From positions 124,001 through 188,000 of the forward strand of contig CT868655.1 of NCBI GenBank assembly GCA_000165425.1: DNA of 64,000 nt, read 5' to 3'. The notes under the pieces are model-generated. The model ran no database searches, had not been told where the DNA came from, and worked only from the letters and a program-made list of their open reading frames with translations. Numbering within the stretch: the stretch's first letter is position 1; each line of letters begins with the position of its first letter. The translations under genes were made by a program, and so were the position numbers. Shown here in pieces: positions 27,487 through 39,685 of the stretch. Origin of the DNA: Paramecium tetraurelia. Lineage: Eukaryota.

Positions 27487-28380
27487 TCAAAAAGGCTTTT
27501 AATATCCTTATTGAGGGTAACCTGGGTATCCTGGCTATGGTGGATAGCCTTATTAAGGAGGATATTGCTGGGCTGGATATCCTGGCTATTATGGTGGATA
27601 TCCTGGCTATTATGGTGGATATCCAGGTTATTATGGTGGATATCCTGGTTATTAGGGTGGATATCCTGGTTATTAAGGAGGGTAGCCTGGTTGAGGAGGA
27701 TAGCCTGGCTATTGTGGTGGATATCCTGGCTATTAAGGAGGGTATCCTGGTTATTAGGGAGGATATCCTGGTTATTAGGGTGGGTATCCTGGCTATTGTG
27801 GATAAGGTTGTGCAGGATATCCAGGTTATGGAGGGTATCCAGGTTATGTTGGATAGCCAGGCTGCTATGGTGGATAAGGCTATTAAGGAGGGTAACCTGG
27901 TTATGGAGGATACATAGGTTATTATTGGTAAGGTTGATTTGGGAAGTATGGTTATTAGCCAGGCATAACTGGAGCTTTAGCGCCACCATCAGGGAAAAAC
28001 TAAATTTCAATCAAAACCTATCCAGCTTATTTACCCTAATAATTTATATATATATTCTATACTTTATATGTTAAATTGACCCATTCAGTTCCATTTGGTT
28101 TTGTAAAGTAAGTCTAAAGTGCCAAAGATCCTTATCCGATCAAATCATCTTTGCTTACATCATCCTTATCCCATATCTCAATGTCAGCAATCAATTCTCC
28201 TGTTCTGCGAAATGAAAGAGTGTCAGTCCAAGATGGGTATTTACCTGCATCTTTATGTTATCTAGTTTTTTGCGTTTATCCACCAACTCTTACTAAGCAG
28301 AATGGATCCATCTTTCCAAAGGTTTCGGTATCATGAGTTAACTTTGCACTCAATGGCTTGATGATAAGTGTTCCTGACAT
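27487..28380 (-). CDS. C2-domain protein with C-terminal Pro/Gln/Gly/Tyr repeat tail
   Basis: MSGTLIIKPLSAKLTHDTETFGKMDPFC...YPSWTD...IEIWDKDDVSKDDLIG (C2 domain with Ca2+-binding Asp residues), then a (PPQQPGY)n tail. Confidence 0.9.
27520..27915 (-). repeat. Coding tandem repeat, 18-21 nt unit encoding PPQ(Q)PGY
   Basis: Repeated ggatatcctgg(c/t)tatta on the + strand, roughly 15-20 imperfect copies. Confidence 0.95.
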
Positions 28381-28405
28381 AATTTAAATAAATGAATATC
28401 ATATA

Positions 28406-29014
28406 TCAAATTGGAAGTTGTTAGCAAATCAAAAATTTCTTTTAATAATATCTCAATTCCTCAATACTCTCTAGAATATCATCCAATGCCCTATGATTCA
28501 GTTTCTTCTATGGTTAGTGATTGCAAACATAAGGATTCAATCTCCTACACAATAACTGTACAGAGGAAACATCTACAATCCGATAATGCAAAAACTGGTC
28601 CAACTTAGGCATATTCTTCATTACAAACAAACGATCCATGTATACTGAGTTTCCTGCTAAAGGTAATACTTTTGGAGGTATATTATTTTAATTTAAAAAA
28701 TTGAGTATTTATTCCTCTGCTTATTACACATTCAGAGTGGATTTCAGCGATTCTTCATATAATCCTGAGGCTTTGTGAGTCTTCGTGCACCACTAATCCA
28801 TTCCTTCTAAAACCTAATTATCCGCATGAATAACAAGATGTGGTCCCTTAATTATTGTTTCTAATTTAAAATCAGTCAAGACACATGCAATTTCGAGAAT
28901 CTGATCCTAGAATACGTTTAGCCCTGTCATTTCCATATCCAGCCAAAACTGTGTTCATAATTGTAAATATACTAAGGCATGTTTTGAAAGGGAGGCATCG
29001 CTAATATTTTGCAT
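28406..29014 (-). CDS. REXO2: Oligoribonuclease (Orn/REXO2, DEDDh 3'-5' exonuclease)
   Basis: FWLDMEMTGL, ILEIAC, LAGNSVYMDR, LHYRIVDVSS, HRALDDILESIEELRYY; 24-nt intron 28949-28972. Confidence 0.95.
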
Positions 29015-29086
29015 TGTATGAAATTATTATTATAATTATAAAAATTAACTTACATTTAAATTTTCTATATATATTCAGATATCAAA

Positions 29087-30374
29087 TCATTAATATCCTT
29101 TTAAGTTGTTTGCTTGTTAGTTGCTTAGTAATTTCAATTCAACAGCCTTTCTAGACCTTTTATACTTTCCAACATAGACCATGCAATTAAATTAAAATCT
29201 GAAATAAGTAAAAATTATACCTAATCTAGGATCCCAATTTAGCAGTTTTCAAGACCTCCTTTGTTACACCAGCCTTTTATAAATCATCTAAGTGAACAAA
29301 AATATCAGACTTATCTTCATCCATAACAATAAATCCATAGTTTTTCTATTCATCAAAAAACTTTAATCTCCCTGTGTAGATTGGATTTGCCATCTGTTTC
29401 TTTTAGTCACTATGCTGCTGTAATTTATTTATAGGTGTAAAACCAATGGCTGAATTCATTTCTAAAGTTGGAAACACGTCAAAGTCATCAGGGTCAGGAA
29501 GAACTTCTTCTAATTTCTACTGATAAAGATTATAAGTTAGTTGTTAATCTAGTTGATTTATAAGCATCTATCCTCTCTTCTATTCATCTGAAGATGCTAA
29601 ATTGTTTTTTTCAGAGTTTATTTAATCCAAAGAAGGGAATTAGTAGTCATCCTATAGAAATGACTATGGTTTGGTCTAAGTAAAATAAACTATGAATAAA
29701 GGAGTACGAAATACAAGGTTGATCTTATTGAAATGATTGCAATTGTGAAAAGATCTATGACTATTTTTACTCTCTCTAAAAATCAAATATTTGATGTTCC
29801 GATAAGGACTTTTTATGTCTTCTGACAAACGGTTTCTATTGCTCTTTTTCTGGAGTCATATTGATTATGGGGACAGTTTTCTAAGCATGAATGGAAATCA
29901 ATACATCCTCGAATAAATCATCAAATGTATAAAATTGTTCCTTTTCTTTATTATCAATTTGAGATAACATTTCCTCCATTGCAATCAAACTTGTCATCTA
30001 TACACTTTTAATAAGGGCAATATAGCCAGTGAGGGAAGGATTATAACAAAATACATATATTGTTCTAGCAAATTTGGTGGGAACATAAACATTACAAAAC
30101 AACTGAAATCTTTAGTTAGTGTAAAATTCCTTGATTTTCGTTCTCATTATGGTAGCATACAATGATAAGTATTACTAACTATATTGATTGTTTTTACCTT
30201 AGCATTGAACTATTGAGTTTCTATGATGTTTAGAGTCAATTCAAATCTTTGTAATAGTTTTGGCAGTTCTGAGTCTGACTTATAAAGTTGTTTGGCTGTT
30301 TTCAATAGGTACTCCCTGATTTATGGATCTGGACTATGATAATTAGCAATGGAGAGTGTATCCAAGATATGCAT
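29087..30374 (-). CDS. Cold-shock-domain protein (C-terminal CSD; start uncertain)
   Basis: YTGRLKFFDEQKNYGFIVMDEDKSDIFVHLDDL (RNP1/RNP2 motifs of a CSD); several micro-introns. Confidence 0.8.
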
Positions 30375-30507
30375 GTCTGTTGAACTAGAAATGAGTCAAA
30401 GGTTGATACCGGTTTCTCCTTTATAAATGAGGGAGTGCAAATGGTTATCATTCAATACTTATTTCTATTGTAATATCATTATTTAAATTATTTATATATT
30501 TTATTAT

Positions 30508-31949
30508 TCACATTTCTTCTAAATCGTCATCATCATCATCATCATCTTCTAAGTCTTTCGTTCCACTCATTAAGATGTTGTTAGTTCTTATAGATCGATA
30601 CGATTGATTTTAACTATTAAGCTTTTAACTAAATCTACTTTGTCTTAAGGAGATATTATTATTTTATTTCTTTAATTCAGAATGCTTTTCCACAATCATT
30701 TCCCTCATATTTTAATCTAATTAAGATAATTATCTAGTTAATTCCTTATTTTCCTTCTTTAATCTATTCACCTTCTTCTACCAATCTACCTCATTATTCT
30801 CTAATTAATCTACAGTCATTTTGAGATTATTGCATTCAGTCAATAACGATCTCTTTTCATGTTGTAAAGAATTAACTTGAGCCTAAACTTTGTTGAATTT
30901 TTATTCAAGATCATCCATCTACTTCTCTGATAATTCAACCATTTTCTCAATCATATACTCATTTTACTTTTACTCAACCTTGCTGTCATCTATCAGTTAT
31001 TTTAATCTTTGATTTTCTTACTAAAAATATTGGAGATCTTAATTTGTTCTATCTAAATGTTGAATAGCAGCCTAGAGTTGTTATTGCAATTAAGATATCT
31101 ATAAATTAGATTGAATTTACTTCAAAGTCTGCTTATTGCAATTATTCATTCAATTAAATATTATTCATCTTCATTCTTTCTAATTCATTAGAAACATTTG
31201 AACTTTTAATATAATTTTATTAATTACTTTTATTTCTCCATCGCTGGCATCTCAGGTAATATCTTTCCCAATTGACTCTCAAATTACTTTGATAAATTAT
31301 ATAATTGATCATTGTCAGCTTCTAATTTCAATTTATCCAATTTCAATTAATTATTGTCTTGCTATTGTTATTTTATATCTTTCTTATATTGTTGCAATTT
31401 ATTCTTGTACTTATTTTGCAATTTCTCTAATTCTTATTTGAGATGAGCATTTTCGGTTTCTAATTTAGTTCTAAATTTTGAATATTTATTTTCTAATTAT
31501 GCTAAATCTTTGAGAATATCATCATTTTTCTTAACCTTCACTTACACTTAATCCTAAATCTCTTTATTTCTATTCTTCTCCTCTTCAATTCTGTTTTGTT
31601 GATCTTCAACCACTGTATTTAATGTTCTAATGTTTTCTTCCAATTAATTCACTTGATCATCCCTATTTCTTAATTCCCTTGTAAGATATTCTAATTCCTC
31701 ATATAATTTTTTGTTTCTTTCCTATTCTTATTTTATTAATTTCATAAAATCATCTTCTCTTTTCTCATAATGTTTAATATTCTTAATCTCATTTTCCTTG
31801 ATTACTTCAATATCTTATTCTAAGCTTCGTATTTTTGCTTTCAACATTTGATTATCCTCACTTGCATATCTTAATTATTGGTTCAGCTCACGTTATTCTT
31901 CAGAGCTTTATGGATAAAAATTATCTTTTGATTTGGCAGTTAAATACAT
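30508..31949 (-). CDS. Long coiled-coil protein with acidic C-terminus
   Basis: MYLTAKSKDNFY...; E/K/Q heptads; ends EDDDDDDDLEEM-stop. Confidence 0.8.
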
Positions 31950-31987
31950 AAATAATAATTAAATAATCTGAACAAAAATTGCACTTA

Positions 31988-32679
31988 TCATTTTTTTATC
32001 TGAATACGATCGAATATAGACTCTTTTGCATCCATCCTCAATCTCCCATCTCTACTTTTATCCGAATATTGTCCAATCACTATTACTTTATCATTCTATT
32101 TAAAATTTGGCACTGCTCTCATCTCCAAATTCCTATCCTTGTTATTATTTATCAATTCTAGATAAAAATAATCAATACTAATTACCTATTGCATTCTCAG
32201 CAGATGCTTAATTTGAAAAAGTGATTGTCGCTTGTTTATTATTGATCTAACATTAAAATTATCGTTTACACTAACTCCCAAAATATTTGAATCATCATCA
32301 ATTAATTCCCTAAGATCCTTTGGGTTAGTATTTTCTTTCAAATTTCTGATAAATATTGAATATGAACCATTTTGCTTTACTTATTATTCTATCCATAAGA
32401 CTTATATATCTCACCATCCTTTTTAGTGATGTTCAGAATCCCTTTCTTTTTGTTCATTTACTAAGGCTGAACCCTTCCTGATTGGCCAGTATTTTAGATC
32501 ATTATTACTTTTTTAGAAATTGGCTTCCTCAAAATTTCAGTGGAATGCACATTGCCATTCTCCTCCTCTGATTCCTTCCTGTTCTGTTATTTCTGCCCTG
32601 ATTATTAAGATGGCTTATATTCTTATCGATGATCCCTTATAATGTTAATGCTCTTTGAGAATATGTGATTGGTGTTCAT
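31988..32679 (-). CDS. RRM-domain protein
   Basis: With three micro-introns: SIFIRNLKENTNPKDLRELI...ATITFSNQASAENAIELIN (RNP2/RNP1-like). Confidence 0.7.
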
Positions 32680-32778
32680 TAGAATTATTATTTTATAAGA
32701 ATACGAATATATTAATAATTAACTGCATTCTGTTTCTAAACATAAACAATTTCCAATATTATAAATATTATAAATAAT

Positions 32779-34375
32779 TCATGCTATTATCCATAGATTT
32801 TGGCTATTAGAATTAGAAGTTATACATCTAATGGCCTACTAAATCGAATTGCAATTCTGAATTGCCTCTAAATTAAAAAGTTTATTGTTGACTTTACGAA
32901 AATCGTCATATTGTATCAGAGTCTTTAGGTATGACTCTAAATGTTGTAATTCCTATTCCGATAGAATCAATAGATTTACATTATCCTTCTTATTATCAAG
33001 GTAAGGAATAATTGGGATTCCATTGTCGATTTGGAAAGCATACGAGAAAGCCGAATTGTCAATTAAGACTACATCCTTCAAATCTCTATTGAGAATCCTC
33101 AAGTCCTTGACATGACAACCTGATTCAACTCTGATGCAGTCTTCTCTAAACAATCTACCAGAAACCAAGGTTCCTGTTGGATCCAAATAATCGATGATCT
33201 GATTTGCATAATCTTCATTCGAGGCAGTGAATATTATTATTTCATAATATTCAGCCATGCTCCTTAAGAATTCTTATGCATATGGTCTGACACTAATTCC
33301 AGCCTAATTTAATTTTAATTCTTACTTGATATGTTATATTGTTAATTTGCACTGGAATGTAAAAATCTGATTTCAATTATGGATATTCATTGCAATGCAC
33401 TAAAGTTTCATCAAGATCTATAACTAAAGTTTTCTATTTTTCTAGTTATTTTAATCATAAATACTTGAGAGAGCCTTAATTTTTTGTGATTTTGAAAAAG
33501 TTAATGAAATTTTAATATTTTTTGATTTTTATAAATTCTCGTAAATCTATAAAAAGTGTCTTATATACATTTAAGACTGAAACGTATCTTCCAGTTGGCC
33601 TTCGAAATGCCCAACCAAATTATACATGTAATATTGTTTTTATTGAAAATATTCTATAAATAGATTTAATAAAATACTTTGATCTGATAATTCAAGATCT
33701 TCAGTAATATAGGTTTCTGTTGAGTGATAGGAAATGAACTTTTCTGTTTGGCTTGCATCTAAGTCGCTATTTGAGTTCGGCTTATTTTAAAGTTTAAGAT
33801 TTTCATTGAGATTTTTATGTTCTTTACTGTCTTTCAGTTCTGGACCAAAATTCAGATTATCTGATAAGTTCATATTTTATTTCCTTAGTTTATTTGTCCT
33901 TTTGTATTTGTACGTCAATCGGCTAGAAATTGAAATAAAAAGTACTGAGGCTAACAATTTGACATCTTATTTTGGTGATGATCCAAGATGACATCATACT
34001 AGGTGAAAGTATCGATTTCTTTTGATTTTCCCTCCGCTTAGTTTGCAACATTCATTTTAGTAATATTATTTTTCGAAATGAATGCACGTTTGACTTTCTT
34101 TTTCAATTTATTTACCTTCTTAGTTATATTTTTAAATGTTTCTAGATTAATTGAATCAAAAGAATACTTGAGCTATTGATCTCAACATGGGTCAACTTCT
34201 CTAAAGGAAATTGTTTCGCATCAAGCCTTTCATTAGTTTACAACTCATTAAAAATGGATTAATTTGTCTAATTCATGCTAACATGTACGAGGTGTTGACT
34301 CCCCTATGATGAAATAAGATCGACATCATCAATTTATTTACTCAACAGTAGTTCGTTCCACTCATTTTAATCCAT
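32779..34375 (-). CDS. NIF/FCP1-family (CTD small phosphatase-like) HAD phosphatase
   Basis: KTLVIDLDETLVHC catalytic motif, VRPYAQEFL, IFTAS, LFREDC, KDLRILNRDLKDVVLIDNS, NGIPI. Confidence 0.93.
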
Positions 34376-34899
34376 TCCTAATATTTATTTTTATATAGAG
34401 AATGCTTTGAGAACATGAATTGAAGTATAAAAAATTTCAATGGGGGTATTAAAGATTTGAATTAATAATACATATTTCAGCAAATTTCCTTTCCTTATTC
34501 GAATATATTACTTTTAATTGTACATATTTTTTATAGTTAATTTCTCAAGGATATAAATTTATTTTGTTATTCTTATGTTATTTATAATTTCTCATAACAC
34601 TAACAAATAATGAAAACAAAAATTATATTCATTCCATAGGATCGCCATATCAAATAAAGCAATTTCTACTTTAAATTTTTGGTAAAACTCATTTTTAGTA
34701 ATATGGATTCTTTCTTTGCTTTTGACTATCAAATTGGATGAGTTAATAATAATATAATTAATCAATTATAATTTAGATAAATATCTAGATATATTTTTAT
34801 TTATCTTTGTCTTAGATAAATAAATTATAAACTATATTGATTGTCTATTTGAATAAAGCAAAATGAATAAAACACATATTTATTAACAAGTAAATTGGG

Positions 34900-37600
34900 A
34901 TCTATTATTTTTACTAATTATTCAAACCCAAATATTATTAAGCATTATAAACTAATTTCGAATTTACAACAATGTCTCTTAATATTAATGCTAGTAATAT
35001 ATAAATATTTAATATTAAACCGCTAGTATTAAATTAAATTATCCCTTGAGTAACAATGTTATTAATACAACTATTTCATCTTTAGGCATCAATTTAAAGG
35101 AACTGCAACTTTAAAATTTGATATTCTTAATTAAAACAAATAATTCATGGTCTTCACTCTTTTGATGATAATGATTATCTGTTAAATTTAAATCTATTTT
35201 ATCAGATGTAGGATGTCAACTGCTTCTAATTATAAAAGTTATTTCAATTAATAATAAATATTATTTTAAATCAATATTTTGATCTTTGGGATGAAATCTT
35301 CATCTAATATTAAACTTACAAATAGTGTAATTGTTGCATTTCTTCCAAATTAAACATTTTCCATACTTCTTTATATGAATTCCAATGAATTTGAACCAAA
35401 TAGATTCATATATTTCTATTCCAATACTTGCTTAAGCCTTATTTATTATTGATAAATGATGTTTAGGAGAGATACAAATTACTATTTAATCCTTCTTTCT
35501 TATTATAAAAAGCATCTTCAAATTTTTTGAAGTTCATTCTAATAAATAGGGTTAACTTTTCATGATATTTCAACAGATTCCTTGGCATATAGCTCTTTAA
35601 TTATATCATATTGGTGTGTTCATTATATTCTCCCTTTTGAATTTCGAAAAATTCGCACTGATCCTTAATTTTATTTAATTTTCAACTAATTCTATATATA
35701 TGTATATGAGTACCTAAAAATAAATAAATACCTATTCTATTTGATGTTTGGATTTCTAAATATTCCAAACCTTTAGATTAGAGATTATCTTCATAATCAT
35801 AATTTCATTTTTATTTATTTTTATATCTAGATTCTAATAATTCTAATTTTACACATTATGTAGCCATCAATAAATATGTAGGAGATACTTTTCAGCCTCT
35901 AAGATCTTCTCTAATAATAAAAAGAATTTCACAACCTAATCTATAATTCAAGGAACTTAAAGCCATAAGATCAAGATTGACTAATTTAGACCAAATATAG
36001 AACATAATCATTTTTAAATTATTGAAATCCTATGTATATGCCTTCTAGGATATATGTTGCATATATTAGTTTCGACTTCCTATTTATGGACTTATCTTAT
36101 ATTTATAAATAACAAACCTAAATTTTCATATAAAGAGAAATGAAAAATTTATGGATAGTGAATGAATTCATAGTTTGAGATATTAGAAAATTAAATTCTA
36201 AAATAGAGAATCCAAATTCAACCTTCAAAGTATAGAGAATTCAAAGAAAGCATTTAAAATATCTTTAGTATTCTTCATTAATGAATAGATTCAAAGAGAA
36301 TTAAAACATCACATACTGATGATTACCTCTTGCTTTTCTAATTTAAATCTAAAATCTACTTTAGTTAAGTGACAAGCAAATATCATATTAATTTGGATCG
36401 ATCACATTACCACAACAATCATACCTCTACTGAAAAATAATTTTATAGACTCAAGTACTCAAATAGACTTTATAGGAAGAAACCTTTTAATTAAAAATGA
36501 AACGAAAAATTTTAGCTTTCACTTTTCTAATTCTCCTCTAAGAAAATTATTAATTTGAAATCTATTAGAAAGTTAAATACAAGAAGGCTAAACCTTTAAT
36601 GAAAACCATTGAAATATGATACTTGAGAATAATAATAATATATTAATTCAAACCTTGTAAGATACAGACAATAATCTAAATTTAAGGATATTTTCTTAAT
36701 CTTGTAAAAGGCCTTTAGATAAATCATCAGTCTAATTTATGGCATTTAACTAACCACATGTGACTTGAACAAATTTATAATTTTATTTGGAGAGTAAATT
36801 ATTAAACATCAGTTTCATAAATATTCATACATGCTTATATTAATTTAAACAAAATTATTATAAGATTTAATTCATTGTATTTATTTTATTGCAATATTAT
36901 TAATAACAATAATAGGCATAAATATTAGATATTGATTCTCACTCAATGAACAATTAATCAAATATTTAAAAAAAAAATTAATTTTAAAGATGGAATCCTA
37001 ACATATCTTAAGTCTCTGTTGAAGAATAGATATCAGGATAAGCTATAATAAAGATCCAAAATATGTTATAGAGATTTATTGAAGCCAGTTAAATTCACTT
37101 TCAATTTAAAAAATAAGTTATAATTATTCTTTAATTTTAAACTTTGTGCTTTACTTCTTAGCTATTTAAGATTAAACAATAGACTTTACTTAACCACATA
37201 AGGGAGTAGTATCACATCATTCTTATTCTCCAAAATTCATTTTATAATTATTTTGATTAATCCTAATAGATGATATCAAAATGAAAGTTAGAACGGAATT
37301 TTTCACCCATTTTGAAATTGGGCTAAAAATAATGTAATCTAATTTTAAAGATATTTTCTGATATGATACTTTGCTGACGGAAATATGAAAACTAGACTTA
37401 GGATTGAATATTATCTAATTATGAAGGATGAGAAGTTAGCATTAGAACTAAGAAATGAGTTGCGGATTAAAAATAGCGAAAATTATATAAATGAAAATTA
37501 AAAGGAGAAAAGAGAATGTTCAAGAGGCTAGGGAAGTAAATAAAATTTGTTAGCTTTCATAGGTTTTAACATTTTTTATTAAGATAAATAAAGCTTTATT
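34900..37600. pseudogene. Probable decayed gene remnants (gene-poor tract)
   Basis: Coding-like segments and intron-like GT..AG pieces on both strands, but repeated TGA and frame breaks; no intact recognisable gene found. Confidence 0.35.
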
Positions 37601-38108
37601 TGTTTTTTGAATTGATAAAGGGAATATATTTTCTAAACTATTTAGATTAATTTTAGTGTCTACTGTTGTCCAATAGCAATTCCTAATGTTTTTCCGCAGT
37701 TATATATCCATTTGTTAGAATGTATATATTTATGGAGTAAGATAAAGTTCACTTGTTATGATTATGAGTGCAATTACTTTTACTTTTATTATTTTTATAC
37801 CACCATCCTGAGATTATACATGTCATTTGCGTTCAAGGCTTAAGCGATAAGTAATCAATATAATTTAGGACTCAATTCAGATTATTATGAGCTAATGAAA
37901 ATAATTTCCATTAATAACTGTATTTAGTATTAGTATGAATTTAGTTACGTCTACAAATCTTAGCATTTTGTTGGAGTTAGTTGTTTTAATTTAGTGATTG
38001 CTATAAGGCTTTAGTTGTTTGATAAAAATGGAGGTAAAAAGTTAGGTAGATTATTGTCTAAGAGTGAATGAATGTTTATAGTTTGTTATTTTCAATAATA
38101 AATTTAAT

Positions 38109-39685
38109 ATGAGTAATCGAAATAGGAGTTTGGCAGAAAGAAGAAATTCAAAAAGCAAATGTAAGAATGCGATCTCTCAACGCAAAAACTCAGATAGTGA
38201 AGATTACAATTTCTATTAGGAATTCTAGATATTCTATCCCCAAGCACAGGAGATAAAGTTTACCAAATTTGATTATATGAAGGAATTCTTTAATTTAGGC
38301 ATCACTGAATTTCCCTCTGACAAAGAGATCCATCGTATATAACAGGAAATTCTAACAACTAGTGGTTGGAATTCAAATCTAAAGAAGAATTGGACCCTCA
38401 ACGAAAAGAAAGTGCTCATTTGGCTAGTTGGAAAATTGAGTATAATGCGAAATGAAGACATAAGAGATTTGTCATCGGAGTTGTTTGAAGAGATTTCAAA
38501 AATGATTTGTAGAAGAGATAAAGATTAATGCAAATAGAAGTGGTCTCAAATGTAGAAAATTGCACTTCAATCACAACCCTTTTAACCAGAAGAGGATAAA
38601 ATATTATATGAAATAATTCTAAAATATTAATCAGTTGATATGGGTTAGAAGTGGAGTTAAATTGCTTAAGAATTAAATTAACATTCAATAATATATAGAT
38701 CAAGTAAATAGTGCAGAGAGAGATGGCTTAATCATTTGAATCCCAAGATTTCTAAGTAACATATAAAATTCATTTATATCCAAGGTAACCATGGAATGAT
38801 GAGGAGGACATATGGTTATTGAATCTAGTTAAAGAGTAGGGGAGGAAATGGGCAGAAATATCGAAAATTATGGATGGCAAGAGAAGCGAAAACAATCTAA
38901 AAAATCGATTTAATAGTTTAATTAAAAGGGAAAAGGATTTGCCAGTGATGTATATAGTTTCTCAAAATTATTATAGATAGACTCAGAGTGGATCAGCTAC
39001 TAATTTGGATGATTTATTATCAGGTTGCACTGGACCTGAAATAACTGACTTGTAGAAGTTAGCAATTGATGCATTATTAACCAAGTTAAAATGGAGGAGT
39101 GCTGAGAGCTAGAATAAAAATATACGGAAAAAATCAATAGAACTTATTGACAATGTAGATAATTAAGTAAAGCGACAATCTTAATAGCGAACTTAGATTA
39201 CTGTCCAATACACTATTGGAAATATAGAGTCAGAATCAAATATTATGGATTTAACCCCATGCTTAGTAAATGTGAGTAAAAACATAATTTATTTCTGCAC
39301 TCAAGATCTATTGATTCAGTATTTAGGCCATCATTAATAATAACAGCAATAATTCAAAGATCAATTTGATAAAATTAAGAATGAATTATGTGCCTTTGAT
39401 GTAGGCTTTCAAAATTTCAGATCTACACTCAGTATGATTGAAGAAATAGAAGAGCCTCTGAAAAGTTAATCACACTTTTAACCAAATGATTTGGATGGAT
39501 TCTTCAATTTAGAAACACCAGAAATTATTTCCAAACCAATTTATGTGAATTCCCTTGACATGATAACCAATTCAGCCATCAAATATTTGCAGCGGTGGAA
39601 AACGGAGAGTTAATTCCATGATCAGAGAAGATCAAGCATACCGATTCCAAGATCACTTCCAAATTTGATATAAATTTAATAATGA
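38109..39685 (+). CDS. Myb-domain transcription factor (three repeats)
   Basis: WTLNEKKVL...DQCKQKW; FQPEEDKIL...KWSQIA...RSSKQCRERWLNHLNP; WNDEEDIWL...GRKWAEISK...RSENNLKNRF. Confidence 0.93.

Noticed and set aside
27520..27915. Repeat array as CRISPR or telomeric repeat
   Set aside because: No unique spacers, unit length is a multiple of 3 with synonymous variation, and it is not the G4T2/G3T3 telomere motif.
27480..28074. Tracked ORFs rich in W/L/R, D/I/L/V or N/Q/H (27511-28074, 27537-27917, 27480-28010)
   Set aside because: Antisense or off-frame shadows of the PPQQPGY repeat; the real frame contains TAA/TAG Gln codons and continues from the C2 domain.
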